This document shows, one piece after another, positions 1-17,200 of a DNA stretch of 64,000 bases. The notes beneath the pieces were generated by a model, which searched no databases, was not told where the DNA came from, and worked only from the letters and a program-made list of their open reading frames with translations. Both the position numbers and the translations under genes were made by a program. How positions within the stretch are numbered: position 1 is the first letter of the stretch; each line of letters opens with the position of its first letter. Source of the stretch: Marsupella aquatica (Eukaryota > Plantae > Marchantiophyta); NCBI GenBank assembly GCA_973895155.1, contig OZ316893.1:6658963-6722962 (forward strand), written 5' to 3'.

Positions 1-436
1 TCACCACAGCTGCGTGCCTTACCGTGACGCATCACAATTGGGTCCATGTGCGACAGGAAAGTAATCTGAGACGATGACAGCAACAAGATGACGCGAGCAA
101 CACTTCGTCACAATTATACAGTGACGCCGCCATGGCGGGCTCCGTGATGATGTAGTAATACTGAGGACATGCTTGACAGGCCCCATACATCATAAGTGAT
201 TACCGTAGTGCGATTTCGAGATGAAATCGATCGGTGGAAACTTTGATATCTAGAGCGGGACCATAGTGGATACCAAGAACAAATCCTAGTTGTTTCTGGT
301 TCGTGATCGTTGCGCGAATTAGTAGTCGGCCTGGAAGACTGATCTAGACTGGAAATCTTGTCGCATTCAAGATTTTAGTGAGAATAGCGTACTATAGACT
401 GATTAGTTGTATTGCATCTTCAAGAGGAAATACATC

Positions 437-1593
437 ATGGCGTTGAGCAAGATACTTATCATAGGACCGACTGGAGCAATCGGGAAGCACATGGTCAACG
501 CGAGTGTCAAGCTTGGGCACACGACATGTGCGTTCGTGCGGTCCACAACTCCCAGCGATTCTGCCAAGGCCGAGCTCCTGAAGTCGTTTCAGGATGCCGG
601 AGTAACTCTTCTAGTAGGCGATACAGCCGATTACGCTAGTCTCGTGGCTGCATTGAAGCAAGTTGAGGTGGTCATTTCGACTGTCAGCGGATGGCTAGTA
701 CTGGACCAGATCAAAATCATCGATGCCGCTAAAGAAGCAGGAACGATCAAGCGATTCATCCCTTCAGAATTTGGCAATAACCTCGACCGACTCGATCTCG
801 ATACGGCCCAAACGAAAGCTCTATTCGAACCGAAGCTGGTGGTACGGCGCGCTCTCGAAAAGTCTGGCATCCCTTACACCTTCGTCGCCTCTTACTGCTT
901 CTTTAGCTACTTTCTCAATTCTTTAACACAAGACAATTTGTCTGTGTGGGAAGCGCCACCCCGGGATGGTAAGTTACAGCTCAGTCGACTTCACTACTCT
1001 TTAAGCTCTATAAAAATATTTGATGTGTCTGCTCAATTTCTGGCTTCATTCCTGTTCAGCATGATGTGAACTTTTCTCGAAAGGTTTCCTTGAAATAGAC
1101 TTCAAATTAGCACTTGAGATGGTAAAATTGCACTCGCGCGTTGCAGAAAAGCTTGGACCAGAGTAGACATTAATAAGCTATTGATTGGTTGACAGGGAAG
1201 CTTGTTATATTCGGTGATGGCAACGCAAAGGCAGTGTGGAATGCCGAGGTCGATATCGCCACCTTCACGATCAGATCCGTCGATGACCCACGAGCGGCGA
1301 ACAAGAATTTGCTAATCACAGGGAACGTGGCGTCTGTGAATGAGGTGATTGCTCTGTGGGAGAAGAAAATTGGGCACAAATTTGAAAAGGAGTTTTTGAA
1401 CGAAGAGACAGTTCTCAAGTCGCTGGCGGAATTGCCTCCCCCTAGAAACATCCACTATGGTCTCAATTACTCCATATTTATCAAAAACGATCAAACGTTC
1501 GAGCTTGATCCTTCTACGGAGGTGGAGGCTACTGCTCTGTACCCTGACGTGAAGTACACTACCATTGATGAGCACCTAAGTCGCTTCGTGTAA
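437..1593 (+). CDS. Isoflavone reductase-like / PCBER-like NmrA-family NADPH-dependent reductase, 2 exons (437-968, 1196-1593), 309 aa
   Basis: ATG at 437 (MALSKILIIGPTGAIG, GxxGxxG), IKRFIPSEFG motif, catalytic Lys in FEPKLVVRR, C-terminal LYPDVKYTTIDEHLSRFV. A GT-AG intron at 969-1195 joins the two ORFs in frame (930 nt). Confidence 0.93.
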
Positions 1594-1661
1594 AACCACG
1601 CGACCTTTTCAGATTGCCACTGGGCATGGCTGGACCTTACCTACCATTCAAGTAGAAGTTT

Positions 1662-2006
1662 ACTATCGAGCGAGTTCTCCTCTAGTTCATGAGTTTAAAT
1701 GAATGTACAGATGTAGACTTGGAAACCATGGATTTTTCCTACTACAGAGTACAGAGCGAGTTCTCCTTCAGTCATGAGTTTAAATGTATGTACAGATGTA
1801 AAGTTTGAAACCATGAATTTTTACTACTACCGATGTGTGAAGTTTGAAACCATGGATTTTTCCTAATACCGAGCAAATCTCCTTTAGTTCATGAGTTTAA
1901 ATGAAAGTACAGATGCAGAATTTGAGACCATGAATTCTTCGTACTACCGAGCAAGTTCTCCTTTACATCATGAGTTTAAACGAATGTACAGATGTAGAAT
2001 TTGAAA
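1662..2006. repeat. Diverged tandem repeat, ~78-bp unit, about 4 copies plus a partial, just downstream of the reductase stop
   Basis: Recurring CGAGC(G/A)AGTTCTCC...CATGAGTTTAAATGAATGTACAGATGTAGA...GAAACCATG near 1667, 1753, 1869 and 1947. Confidence 0.85.
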
Positions 2007-3276
2007 TGATGGAGTGTTTCTCCGAACCTAGCTTTGGCGTCATTCAATGTACTGACTCAGAAATGAAAGTGTAGTACTATCCAAATTTAGGTGACTTTAG
2101 GACTGAAAGGGATCGAGTCATCATGGTTGCTTCCTTCTAAATCACCGATCGTCTTATGTGCCAGGATCTCGCTTGCTTCTGTGTGGCATTTAATGAATGT
2201 AGAATTCTAAAAGTCCCAAAAGAAAAAGAATAGCAGATGTCAAGCTAGTCAAAGCAAGAAAAATCAAACAGAACTCACCATGATTTCAACGAATTACTGA
2301 CGTGGAAAGCAAACCCGACAAAGTAAGCAAACTCGATTTAATTCGGAACAGATCAAATGATTTCTCCTGTAGTTCCGAACAGAGACAAAGATATATTGAT
2401 ATAATCAGTATAGTATCAATCTCGGGCTCAGTACTTCATCTAGTTGTTAAAACTATGTCTCTTTTTCGAAGTTTCGTTATCTGCCTCTACAATTTTCACA
2501 AATTAGTACAAGCAGATGTTCCGTGTACATACTGGTGTAAATTTACATGTCATATGAAGCTCTGGTAGATCTTTGCCATCTACGCAAAGCGCTGTGACTA
2601 TGACAAACATGAAAGAGCAGAGTCTAAGCAAGTAATCAAAAAATATAACCAATAATTGAGCTACTGACCTTTTTTACTCGTGAACTTACCCAGGCCGCTC
2701 AAATAATCACGAGTCCCAAAGTATGCTTAGAAAACCTACGCTCAGAAAATAACCTTTCGGCAAGGTACGTGACCGTTTAGTTTTTGCAATTCAAGAGGAA
2801 TCGCAAATTCTAACGATTGGATGCTTCTGAATGTGTACACAAGGTGACCTAGCTTGCATCCCACCTGCTGCTCATTTTATCAAACTTCGTAATTTATCAA
2901 ACTCGGTGTTCGCGCGGCACCATGTCAGTGTCTAGTAAAAGTGGTAAATTGAAATACAACCATGGATTATACACCGTGACGACAAATGGGCTCCGAAAGA
3001 TGGACTCACTACCTTGGTAAAGTAGGTTCGTCCTTAGTCCTAAAGCCTCTAACCACTCATTCATTCAGTAAGTCAGTGATTCACCAAGTACCCAAACTCT
3101 CAGGGGTCTCAAGTTTGTGCAGCAAGCCTCAATTCTTTAGTAGAGGGATATCGCCAATCAAAAGCTTACAGGAGGTGCTGCTTCCTGGCCTTATTTGTCA
3201 ACTGCTTTCTTGAGCCAATGAGCATGAAGGGCAATGGAGGGAAACCTACAGAAGCTACCACTTGGAAATTCGAAGT

Positions 3277-7758
<4,482 letters not shown>

Positions 7759-10059
7759 CGAAGTCTCCCACCTCCCCTGCTTCACGATTTAGTGGAAATT
7801 CATTAGCTCCACTTCACTTCACTTGGCTGTGAGGCCTTGAACCTAACAGATTTGACGATAACTGTCAGATCTTGCGGTCATCTCTTAGAGTCTCTTTGAG
7901 ACTGTGACTTAGAATTGCTTGCGCTGACGCTCTGACACGGACTTGGAGACTTACCTCACAGAGAGAGAAAGATTCGAAGTTAAAAAGCTCAGGTCAAGAG
8001 CACAACAGCATGCCCAGGTCCAAGGACAGTAATACGCAGGCCAAGTCAGTTCCTGCTGCTGTGTCCCTTCCTTCCGTTGATCCCATCTATATTCTGGATG
8101 CTCTTGTGCATCTCGCAACAATTGTTGTCCTTGTAGCTTTGGTCCCGGCGGACAAATCACTATGTGTGTTGTTCTTGCAATTTTTCTAGGTGAAATCCAG
8201 AACCCTGCTTTAACTGACCCAAAGCATCCTTCTCGCCGGCCTCCCCAGTGTCCTGCGTCATCTGTTAACCACCAACGCCACAATATGAACAACATTAAAA
8301 AGAAAGCGAGAGCGGGCGTAGACCAGAGAGGCACAAAAGATGTATTCTGAAACCCAAAAAGAGGTGGAAAGAGAAGACCAAAAAATGTATGACCAGGTAT
8401 CTACAGTAAGTTCACTATTGATATCCACAGGAGAAGCATGATACTGACAACATACCAACATTTCGCCGCAGGTGGCGAAAGGAATGTACTAGCCTTGAGA
8501 CATTCCTTTCCTCTTTAGTAAACGATCCACAGCAATGGAGAGCTGGCTGGCCTCAGCTGTGCTCAATATGTGCTCCTGTTCACTCTGGTCCGAAAAACAG
8601 GCCAGAGAGTAAGCTCTAATACTAGCGTGCCCTTCTCCTCTGTCGTATTGAATCCCACCTAAGATTTCAGTTCCGTCTTTTCAGCACTTCACAAGTTCCC
8701 AAGTTAGATCACTCACGAAGCAAACGCAATCACCACTGCTTGTGACGATCAGCGGACATACGAGAGCAAGCATCAACTTCTGTTCCGCCCCTCCTCTACT
8801 CCATCAATTCCTGTACTTTAAGTTTGACGGTAATCTGTAGGTAAACGAGCAGCAAGCTTTTAGCTTCCGAGCGTGCCTTACACTTAATCGAAATCAGTAA
8901 TATTGAGAGGTTTGATATGCAGCGATCCTGTTTCTACAACTCAATTGTCGTCTGATGTCTCCAGTCTTCCAGTGCAGAAGCTCTCCAGTGAATGGTGGAA
9001 GAACACAGGGGGATTGGGCTCTTCTGCGTGGGCTGAACCTTCTGTTACCCTCTCTTAACTCCTCTTTCTGCAACGTGGCTCGCTAGTGTAGCAAAGCTAT
9101 TGAGACAAGATGAGAAACTTCTGTCGTTCTCTAATAACATTCCTCTCTCCCTCAAATTCCCTCCAAAGGCATTGCATAGCCCAAAAAGAGAACACAGCAC
9201 AAAATGAACAGCGACTACCTTCTTCACTACTGATCCTTCCTGTTTGTAGTCTCCTCCTTCGATTACACCACAAGCTCCTTGTATAAATATGAGGAAGAAC
9301 GTAAGTACCGTGAATCCATGCGGCCTGACTCCCCGTCACTTCATCCTATCTGATCCCTTCCTGAATTCGTAAATCCTCTCGAGTATATCAAAATCCTCTC
9401 GAGTACATCATAGAGGAGAGACAAAACAAAGGGCTGAGGTGGAAAACTCGTCCGTTCAGAAATCCTCTCCAGCACATCAGCACACAGGAAGAGACGACAG
9501 GAAAGTTTTAGCAGAGGAAGAGACGACAGGAAAGTTTATGTGCGAAGTTTCTAAATTGGATGGAGGCCTGTTGTTGGTGAAGGAACGGAATCGAAGCACC
9601 TGTTTGCCATAGAGTACAACGGAGACTCGGAAGATCCTGTTTTGGTGCTGCAGAGAAAAGATCCAAAAGGAAGCAGATAAAAAAAGGATTGCCAGAACTC
9701 TGAATTTCTTGGACTGTCTGCCCACGGATTCTAGCAGCACCAAAACGTTATTCGAGAAACATACTTTGGAATCTTTCCGGTCTCTCGAAATATCAGATGA
9801 GAATCTTCGTGAGGCCTAATTGCCCGGTCCTCAAGATGTCTGGCGCAGCCACTGCCTTCTCATAGGGCTCCATGTTGGAGCGCACCCAGCTGCCATCTAT
9901 CTCGGGAAAGCCTCTTATACTTTCGTTCGTCATCGGAGGAGAAAATAATCGTGATGACGTCTGATTTGTCTGTTTCTCTCGGATCCTCATGAAATCACAA
10001 TCGTCAAATACACACTCGCTTTATTGGGTTCGTTTGCCTTTGGGATCATGTATCCCGGG

Positions 10060-10420
10060 CAGTGTGATATACACTACCTACACTTATTATCACTTTCATT
10101 TGCCTTGAAAGCTGTGTCTTTTTGGCCCTGTGATACACACTCGCTACACTTATTATCACTTTCTTTTGCCTTGAAAGCTGAAACCAGATCCATAACGGGA
10201 GAGTATACTGGACGTTCTGCTCCTGAGCATGAGATTGTAGCGATTCTTTTACCTTGAAAGCTGAAACCATACCCATAACGAGAGAGTATACTAGACGTTC
10301 TGCTCCTGAGCATGAGAGTAGTTTCTGTAGCGATTCTTTTGCCTTGAAAGCTGTAAACCAGACCCATAACGAGAGAGTATACTAGACGTTCTGCCCATGA
10401 GCATGAGATTAGTTTCTGTA
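10060..10420. repeat. Composite tandem array: 2 copies of a ~65-bp unit followed by 3 copies of an ~85-90-bp unit sharing a TTGCCTTGAAAGCTG core
   Basis: TGTGATA..CAC..CTACACTTATTATCACTTTC.TTTGCCTTGAAAGCTG twice; CCATAACG.GAGAGTATACT.GACGTTCTGC.C.TGAGCATGAGA three times. Confidence 0.85.
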
Positions 10421-11210
10421 GCGGACAACAGGGACTAGACCAGGAGGGAGAGGGTGTTAAACCTGGCCCCAAAGCGGACTGGCTAGGGGGCTAGGGAGGG
10501 AGAAAGGGTTAAACCAGGGCCCCAGAGAGGGCTGACTAGGGGTCAAGGGAAACCGGCACTCCCACCACTGCACCTCACTCACAATTTGACTGGCAGTCCA
10601 TTATTCAAACCATCCTAATTAGTTTACTGGAGTAATCAAATAGCACAACTAAATAACGTCCATTCTAAATCAGATCAGGTTGTCGGACAAGAATAAACAG
10701 CCGCTCCTAATGACAACTAAGAAATGACCCTTCGAAGCAGTCTATCGTAATTACTGAGGGGTCAGTGAGCCTTTAAAAATATATTAAGGAGGTGAACTAC
10801 CAAACTAGTATGTATGAGAAGACAAAGGAAAACCCTTTGTAAAAAAATCAAAACTAAAATGATAGTGGTTTTGTCTGGCAGGAGGCAAAATGATTGCGGC
10901 ACGGTTTTCCTACCCCTTAATAATAAAGCTCAAATAATAACTGAATTGAAAATTTGAAGCGGCTCAAGTTGGATTTTCCAAATAAAGGGAACACTCAAAT
11001 TAAAAATACACTTACCATGGTATGCTTTTATTGCTCACAATGTGGAATACAATCATACTCAATTATTTTGAATCCACTTAATTCAAGTCAAATCCCATGA
11101 TAATAGATTACAGTCGCATCTATTGTGTAATCTAAGGACAAATCATATGTGTTAAAGTACATGCAAGGTTTCACTTAACCAATAATTTGTATTCTCACAA
11201 CCCATAAACA

Positions 11211-14200
11211 TCATGTGAATCCTTTCTTCTTCTCAGGGATAGGAGGCAGAGGCTCTTCTTGTCGGAAACATTGGAGGCGCATGTATGCTAATTTCTCTTG
11301 GTATGTGGTGTAGAGTGGTTTGGCAACCTTTGCTCTTACAAAGACATCTTGCAAATAGGTGCGCAAAAATGAGTGCTCAGACACTCTCAAGAGTGGCTTG
11401 CGTTGCTTCTTGTACAAACAATGTGATGCTGCCAACAAAAACTGCACAGCAATATAGTCCATAAGATAACACAGGCAAAAAAATTATGCTGACTGGAGAT
11501 CTTTTGATTAGGTGCAACTATGTTAAGCTCTAAGATATTTCTTAACTGCAGGAAATTCACCAAAACATTGTAGCTTTGCAAGTCAAAGGAAATTCAAAAT
11601 TCAAACAACCTAGCTAGCATCCAACCCACCCAGCCCAAGCAAGCATGCGAGTACTCACTCTTTGTATCTGCTCAACTCCAAACCGCAACGGACATTGGCT
11701 CATAGTAAAATCCAAAACATCCTGTCAAGCAACGAATTCTATGTGTGAAGACTTCAACTCTCAAAAGAGAAACTCATCTTAGTTCTAACTCGAGCTCTAA
11801 CAAAATGAAGAATGTGTAAAAGGCAAAAGAAATAAGCACTTGAGTGGGCTTTCAGAAAAAATCATGTTAATTATTAAATGATGTGAGGAGCAATGATTTC
11901 AATGTTCTTTACACCCAATATCAAAGACCCAATCTTTCTACTCCTGTTTCTAGTCAACAAAAACCAACCAAATAAAAGTTTACATTGTTTGCAATCACTT
12001 GAAACAGCTAAAGCTACTTCCTCCTACACTTATGAGCTGCGGAAATAAAAATGAAATTCACCGCCGGCTTTTGTAAGGCATAAATAGTGACAGCTGCAGC
12101 CCAAAAATCATCCCAGTCATCTCCAAGTGCAAGCCATTTCTGTACGTCATCATTCAAATTGAAAACATTTTTGAATCATGAAGTCACTGTGACTTTTAGA
12201 ATTCATGGATTGGGCAAAATAGAGGGGAAGGACACGAATCACACAGTCAGGGCGTTGATCTAAAGGGTTCAAAGTACATCAAGTGTCTAAATGTAGCGAG
12301 ACTATCAAACATGAAAGCTAGTGAAACTAAAGTAATCAATGACATCACTGATGAAACGAGCGATCTAGCAATAAGTGTTAAAACCAGCTCCCAATAATTA
12401 GAACTGCACCTAGGAGTCAGAGTGGATACCTTAAAGTGTGGCATGATAACCTTAACATCAACTTCCATATCTACTTGTGTCCATACATTTGCAAACACAA
12501 TAGGTGCATCACGACTATCTTTAGCCTTCATTGACTCTTCCTTCTCCTCATGTTTAATTATGGCAAGCTCCAATGCTGCGGCTTTTGATTCTGGACTGCT
12601 TAGGTCAGGAAGGCCAGGAGTAGGCTCATTGGGATCAATAACACCTTCTCCTTCCTGGCTTGGTTGAATATATTCTGGATTCACCATTCTCAAAGCAGCT
12701 ACACAAATCTCCTCCTGCTCTTGCATAATTGCCTGCATATTTTAACATAGGTTCTTAAATTTAGTGGCACTGAAACGAGAACAGGTTGCCGTATTCAATG
12801 AAGTGACAAAACTAAGTGTTTTCGGCATAATTATATTGATGAATTGTCTGTGCAAGAATTGAGTGACTCAAATGATTTCAATGGCAGTGCTACTACATAC
12901 CAAAGATTCTGGAATTTCGGCTGAATGTAGATCTTCCAGGGTGGACTTGACTTCAATGGCAAAATTTGGTAGTAGAATTGTTGTTAGAAAATGCCATATC
13001 TATTCATAACAAAGGAAGCAACCTTCAGAAACAAATAGGTTTAATGTAAGGGAATCAACAATTCCAATTTGTATAAAAATGATGACTGAGAAAGCCCTTG
13101 AAGGTTGTATTCAAGTCGGAGTATTTGCTAGTTTGAATTTAAAAATAGTAATTGCATACATCTTTACTAGTATTTTATTATACTAGTAGCCATGAGGATA
13201 TGAGGGAGACCAAAACTGAATCCTTAACACTTACTTTTTCATGGAAAGGCACCACTGGATCTGCCTGATAAAAGATCCCAAACTTCTCATAAAGGCCTGC
13301 ATGCAGATAATGATGTCCTTCAGCTCAATTGCATTTCTACCTAAGTTAATTTATAGAACTAATCAAGTCAAGTACCAAGAGGTTCCAATGATCCTAGCAT
13401 AAAATGTTGTAAATGATGAACCGACAGATGAGCTGGATTACCAGAGAAATGAAATAAGTGTAGTAGTATTGGAAAGAAACCCCAACTTGAGATCTGATAA
13501 TTCCCATGGATATTGCTCACAATTGCATACTTCGAAAAGTATTCCCTCAATTTATTCTCTGCAATGGGAAGAAATAGACAAATTACTTATATGTGGGCCT
13601 GTAACACAAACTAATTTTCACAAGCTATAGGGAGCTTCCATGCACACAATGGAATAAAGAGTAGTCATAGAACACAGTCATGCTTCTCAAATACATACTA
13701 GACAAACTCAATTATTTTTGCTCACAATCATCATCTGATCCAAGATTGATGCTTGCCGGTGAGAGGTGCTGGAGAGAGTCTCAATACAGAAAAGAGTTTG
13801 ACAAATTGCTCCTGCAGGAGAAAAAATATGAACTCATTTCATACATGTATTAGAATTAGATTATGGGTATTCCATCCAACAAAGGTGAGTTACTACTGCA
13901 TTTCTGCATTTCTTCACTTTTCAGGAATCAGAGATATGAGTAGGACGATCAATAGGGGCTAGGGTGTCTCGTGAATAAGTAACTGGGTAATTACCACAAA
14001 CCATCACTAGCAATCCTCGATTGAAAAACATTGGAAACTTAAGCTGATCATAAGTATGGATTGTAAATGCCACCATCTATCTGAATTAAGGAGGTAAATG
14101 CATGGATACTATACTCATTTCTCTAGTAAATCTACATATTGCTGCTACTAATCACCCACTACGGAAGAAAGCAGTAAGACGCACACTGTTGAGATAGCAG

Positions 14201-17200
14201 AAATCTCTATCCTCCAATTCAATGTCTTTACCACCAAACCAAAGCAGTATTGCCTCAATAGCACCTGTCCATGTCATCATTATGAATCAACCTCGTTCAC
14301 TTAAAATAAATTTAGTCAGTACTATGAGATACTAATGCAATGTATGTTGTACAATCTTGCAAAATAATGGATAAATGTTTTCAGTGCCACAAGGCAGGTT
14401 TACAATTCAGTATTTGGAGAAACTCACCACTATAGGCTCTCAACATCTCTTGAACAATCATCCATTCAACATTGAATAGGTCGTCATCTACAGCTCCCTT
14501 GATCTTAAGTAGGAGATCAGGAATGTCATACGCTTGCCAATCTGCAACCTTACTTTTTTGATAAGTATGTTAACAACTAGAGAAATCTATTGAATGATAC
14601 AAGTTTTGTGTAAGCATTGTTTTGAATAAATGACTTCTTGTACATTTAGTTCCTTCTGATGATTCAACTTCAATGTAATAAAGGCTCCCAAGAGATAGGG
14701 ACTACTCTCCTCCCTCTCAAACTCATAATAACCCTTTAATCAAGTGTCATTCTTTCAAAATATCCACACCTTTGCAAATAAAATGGTAGATTTTTGGACT
14801 GCTGACTTTTACAGCCCCATAAGAAAAAAACAGCAAATACTTTTCCCAACCTGTGCATGAGCCCGAGCATGAACCAGGTAAATAAAGTTGCAGTTCTAAG
14901 AGTAGATGGAATTGTACCAATGAACGTGACTATATCAACTGGCGTTTGAACTTCAACTTCAAAGAATTGTGGCGGAGGAGGCTCTGGAGGTGGTGCATCA
15001 GGATTCTCTGGATCAACAGGTGGGGGAGGTGTTGGATCTACTGCACCCTTTTTCTTTTTCTGAATGTCATACAATGAAGCTAGTTAAACTTCCTCATAAA
15101 GAGTACTAGTGGATCAGAAAGAGGTAAAGGTGTTGGATTTACTTCACCCTTTTTCTTTTCTGCACATTGTATTTGCAGCTTGGTAAACTTACTCATAACC
15201 AGTCCTTACAAAGATCAGGAATTATCTTAGGGTCCTGAAGGTATGTCAAACATCTACATGATGACTAGCAAAACTTGTTTCTCATGGTAGAATGAAAGAT
15301 TCTTTGGTTCAAATTCATGGAATGTTATTATTTTCTTTAGAGAAATGGTAAACTTAATCATGTGTTGACTTAAGTTTGATACACAACAGACTATTCCATT
15401 AACTAGAATTCAAGTAGGATGAAAAAAAATTCTTCATTTGGAACAAGCAAATTTTGTCATGTTATTTAACAAATTCTGAAGTAAGGGGTGCTATACCTTG
15501 GGTTTGGGTGGTGGCGGCTTTGGAGGTGGTGTATCAACAACAATAAGAATATTACCTGGTGTTCAGCAACTTATCAGAGATAACATTTACACTGAAATTA
15601 TAGAATATCTAGGATTTTTAGTATTAGGCCTAAATCCTCCTGACAGTGTAATTAGCCCCCACAAACATGAAAAGATATCTGGGAACTTTGTTTTCTCATT
15701 TTCTAGCAGTAAAGTGGTAGTAACTTGAGAGTACTTTGAGGTTTAAACCACATTCAAGTATATCATGGGAACACACTCAATACATCACAAGGCCTAAACA
15801 AAGGAGAGTGGAAGGAGAATGTACGCTGTAAAATCATAAGATTATATGCTCAAAACTGAGCTATATAGCATATATAGTTGGCCTGTTCTAAAACACAGCT
15901 ATTCTGACTAGGCTATCTAGAGTTAGGGTCATTCCAATAATGCTCTAAGTATGCTAACTACAGTGGGTTTATAGATACAGATATAGTCTCATAGTTTAAT
16001 ACATAATCACACAACTGTAATAATTTCTCTGGTTTAAGGTGCTGTTTTAGAAAGTAATTATGTTAAGGCTTTATCGGGAGAGTTCAACACATAATGTTGC
16101 ACAATACGTATTATCGACTTTGAACTTGGAAAAACGCCAAGTACTTATGTTGAGTCTTGAGCTAGTATACCTATGCAAGACTCAAAATAACTCTTTATGC
16201 ATTGGTCTGGAGTTGGGGATGGAGGCAGTCCATCCCAAGGCTCTGTATACGTTCTTGGGCCACCTAAGAGGCTCAAGTAAAATCCAAAGTTAATCCATGA
16301 CAAATGTAGATGCTAAAAGTTGCTTTGTTGATTAATATCTAAATTTGGCTTTCACTCTAGGAGGTTACTACACTTTCCTTGTCTGAAATTGTGACCTCAA
16401 ACGTACCTTTGCACCCTTTTGGGGTTTCACTTGTCAAGTTCGCCCCCCCCCCCCCCTCATGCGTTTTTATGGAAAAATTTAGTCACTATATTGAGCTCTA
16501 GATATTATACCCAAGAGACATGGCAAGATTCCCATCTCCTTGAGCTGAGCCACCTTTATATTCTTGAGTTCTAATACAAAATCATGGAAATTTTTTGAAG
16601 ATACATATTTAGGGTTTTTAAAGGGTTTAAAAAAACCCAGTGTACGTATACATGAGAATATTAAGGACCCGATTAAGGAGAAAGTAACTCACTGGAAAAA
16701 TCTATGATAACATGTGAGCCATCTTTAAGGGCTTCTCTAATGGGTTTGTTGATATCCAGCACATGACCATCCTACACAAGAGTCCAATAATTAGTGGAAG
16801 GCATGTATCAAACATATTCAAACCAAAACTCTCCACACAAGTAACAGTAAGGAAGTTAGGGTATCCTTCAAGCAGCCATATATATGCTTTACTTAAATGA
16901 ACATATTTGGCAACCACTTCTAATAAATTCCTTCACTTCCATCCCATTCAAATGCAGTTTCCAGAAGAGTTAATTTTAAAAAATGAATTCTCAGGAAGTT
17001 TTGAATTTCTAAATCCTTCAACTAGAATGTTGGAAACTATGGGACAAGTTTAGTATAGTTTTGAGCAAGAGAATGATTTACAAATTAATGTGTAAGTTTT
17101 CAATTAGGAGGACAAATATTTTGGGATGGGGTCTTTTGAAAAAAAAACATAAATGAATTATCATTAGTCAATGGAACTTACCTCACACTTGATGGCCAGA

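Noticed and set aside
407-436. TTG start of ORF 407..1069 (also GTG 7785, GTG 38793, TTG 56997)
   Set aside because: Prokaryotic-style alternative starts from the ORF caller; downstream ATGs match the expected protein N-termini.
10060-10420. CRISPR-like repeat array
   Set aside because: Units are contiguous diverged tandem copies with no unique spacers, there are no cas genes, and the context is eukaryotic.
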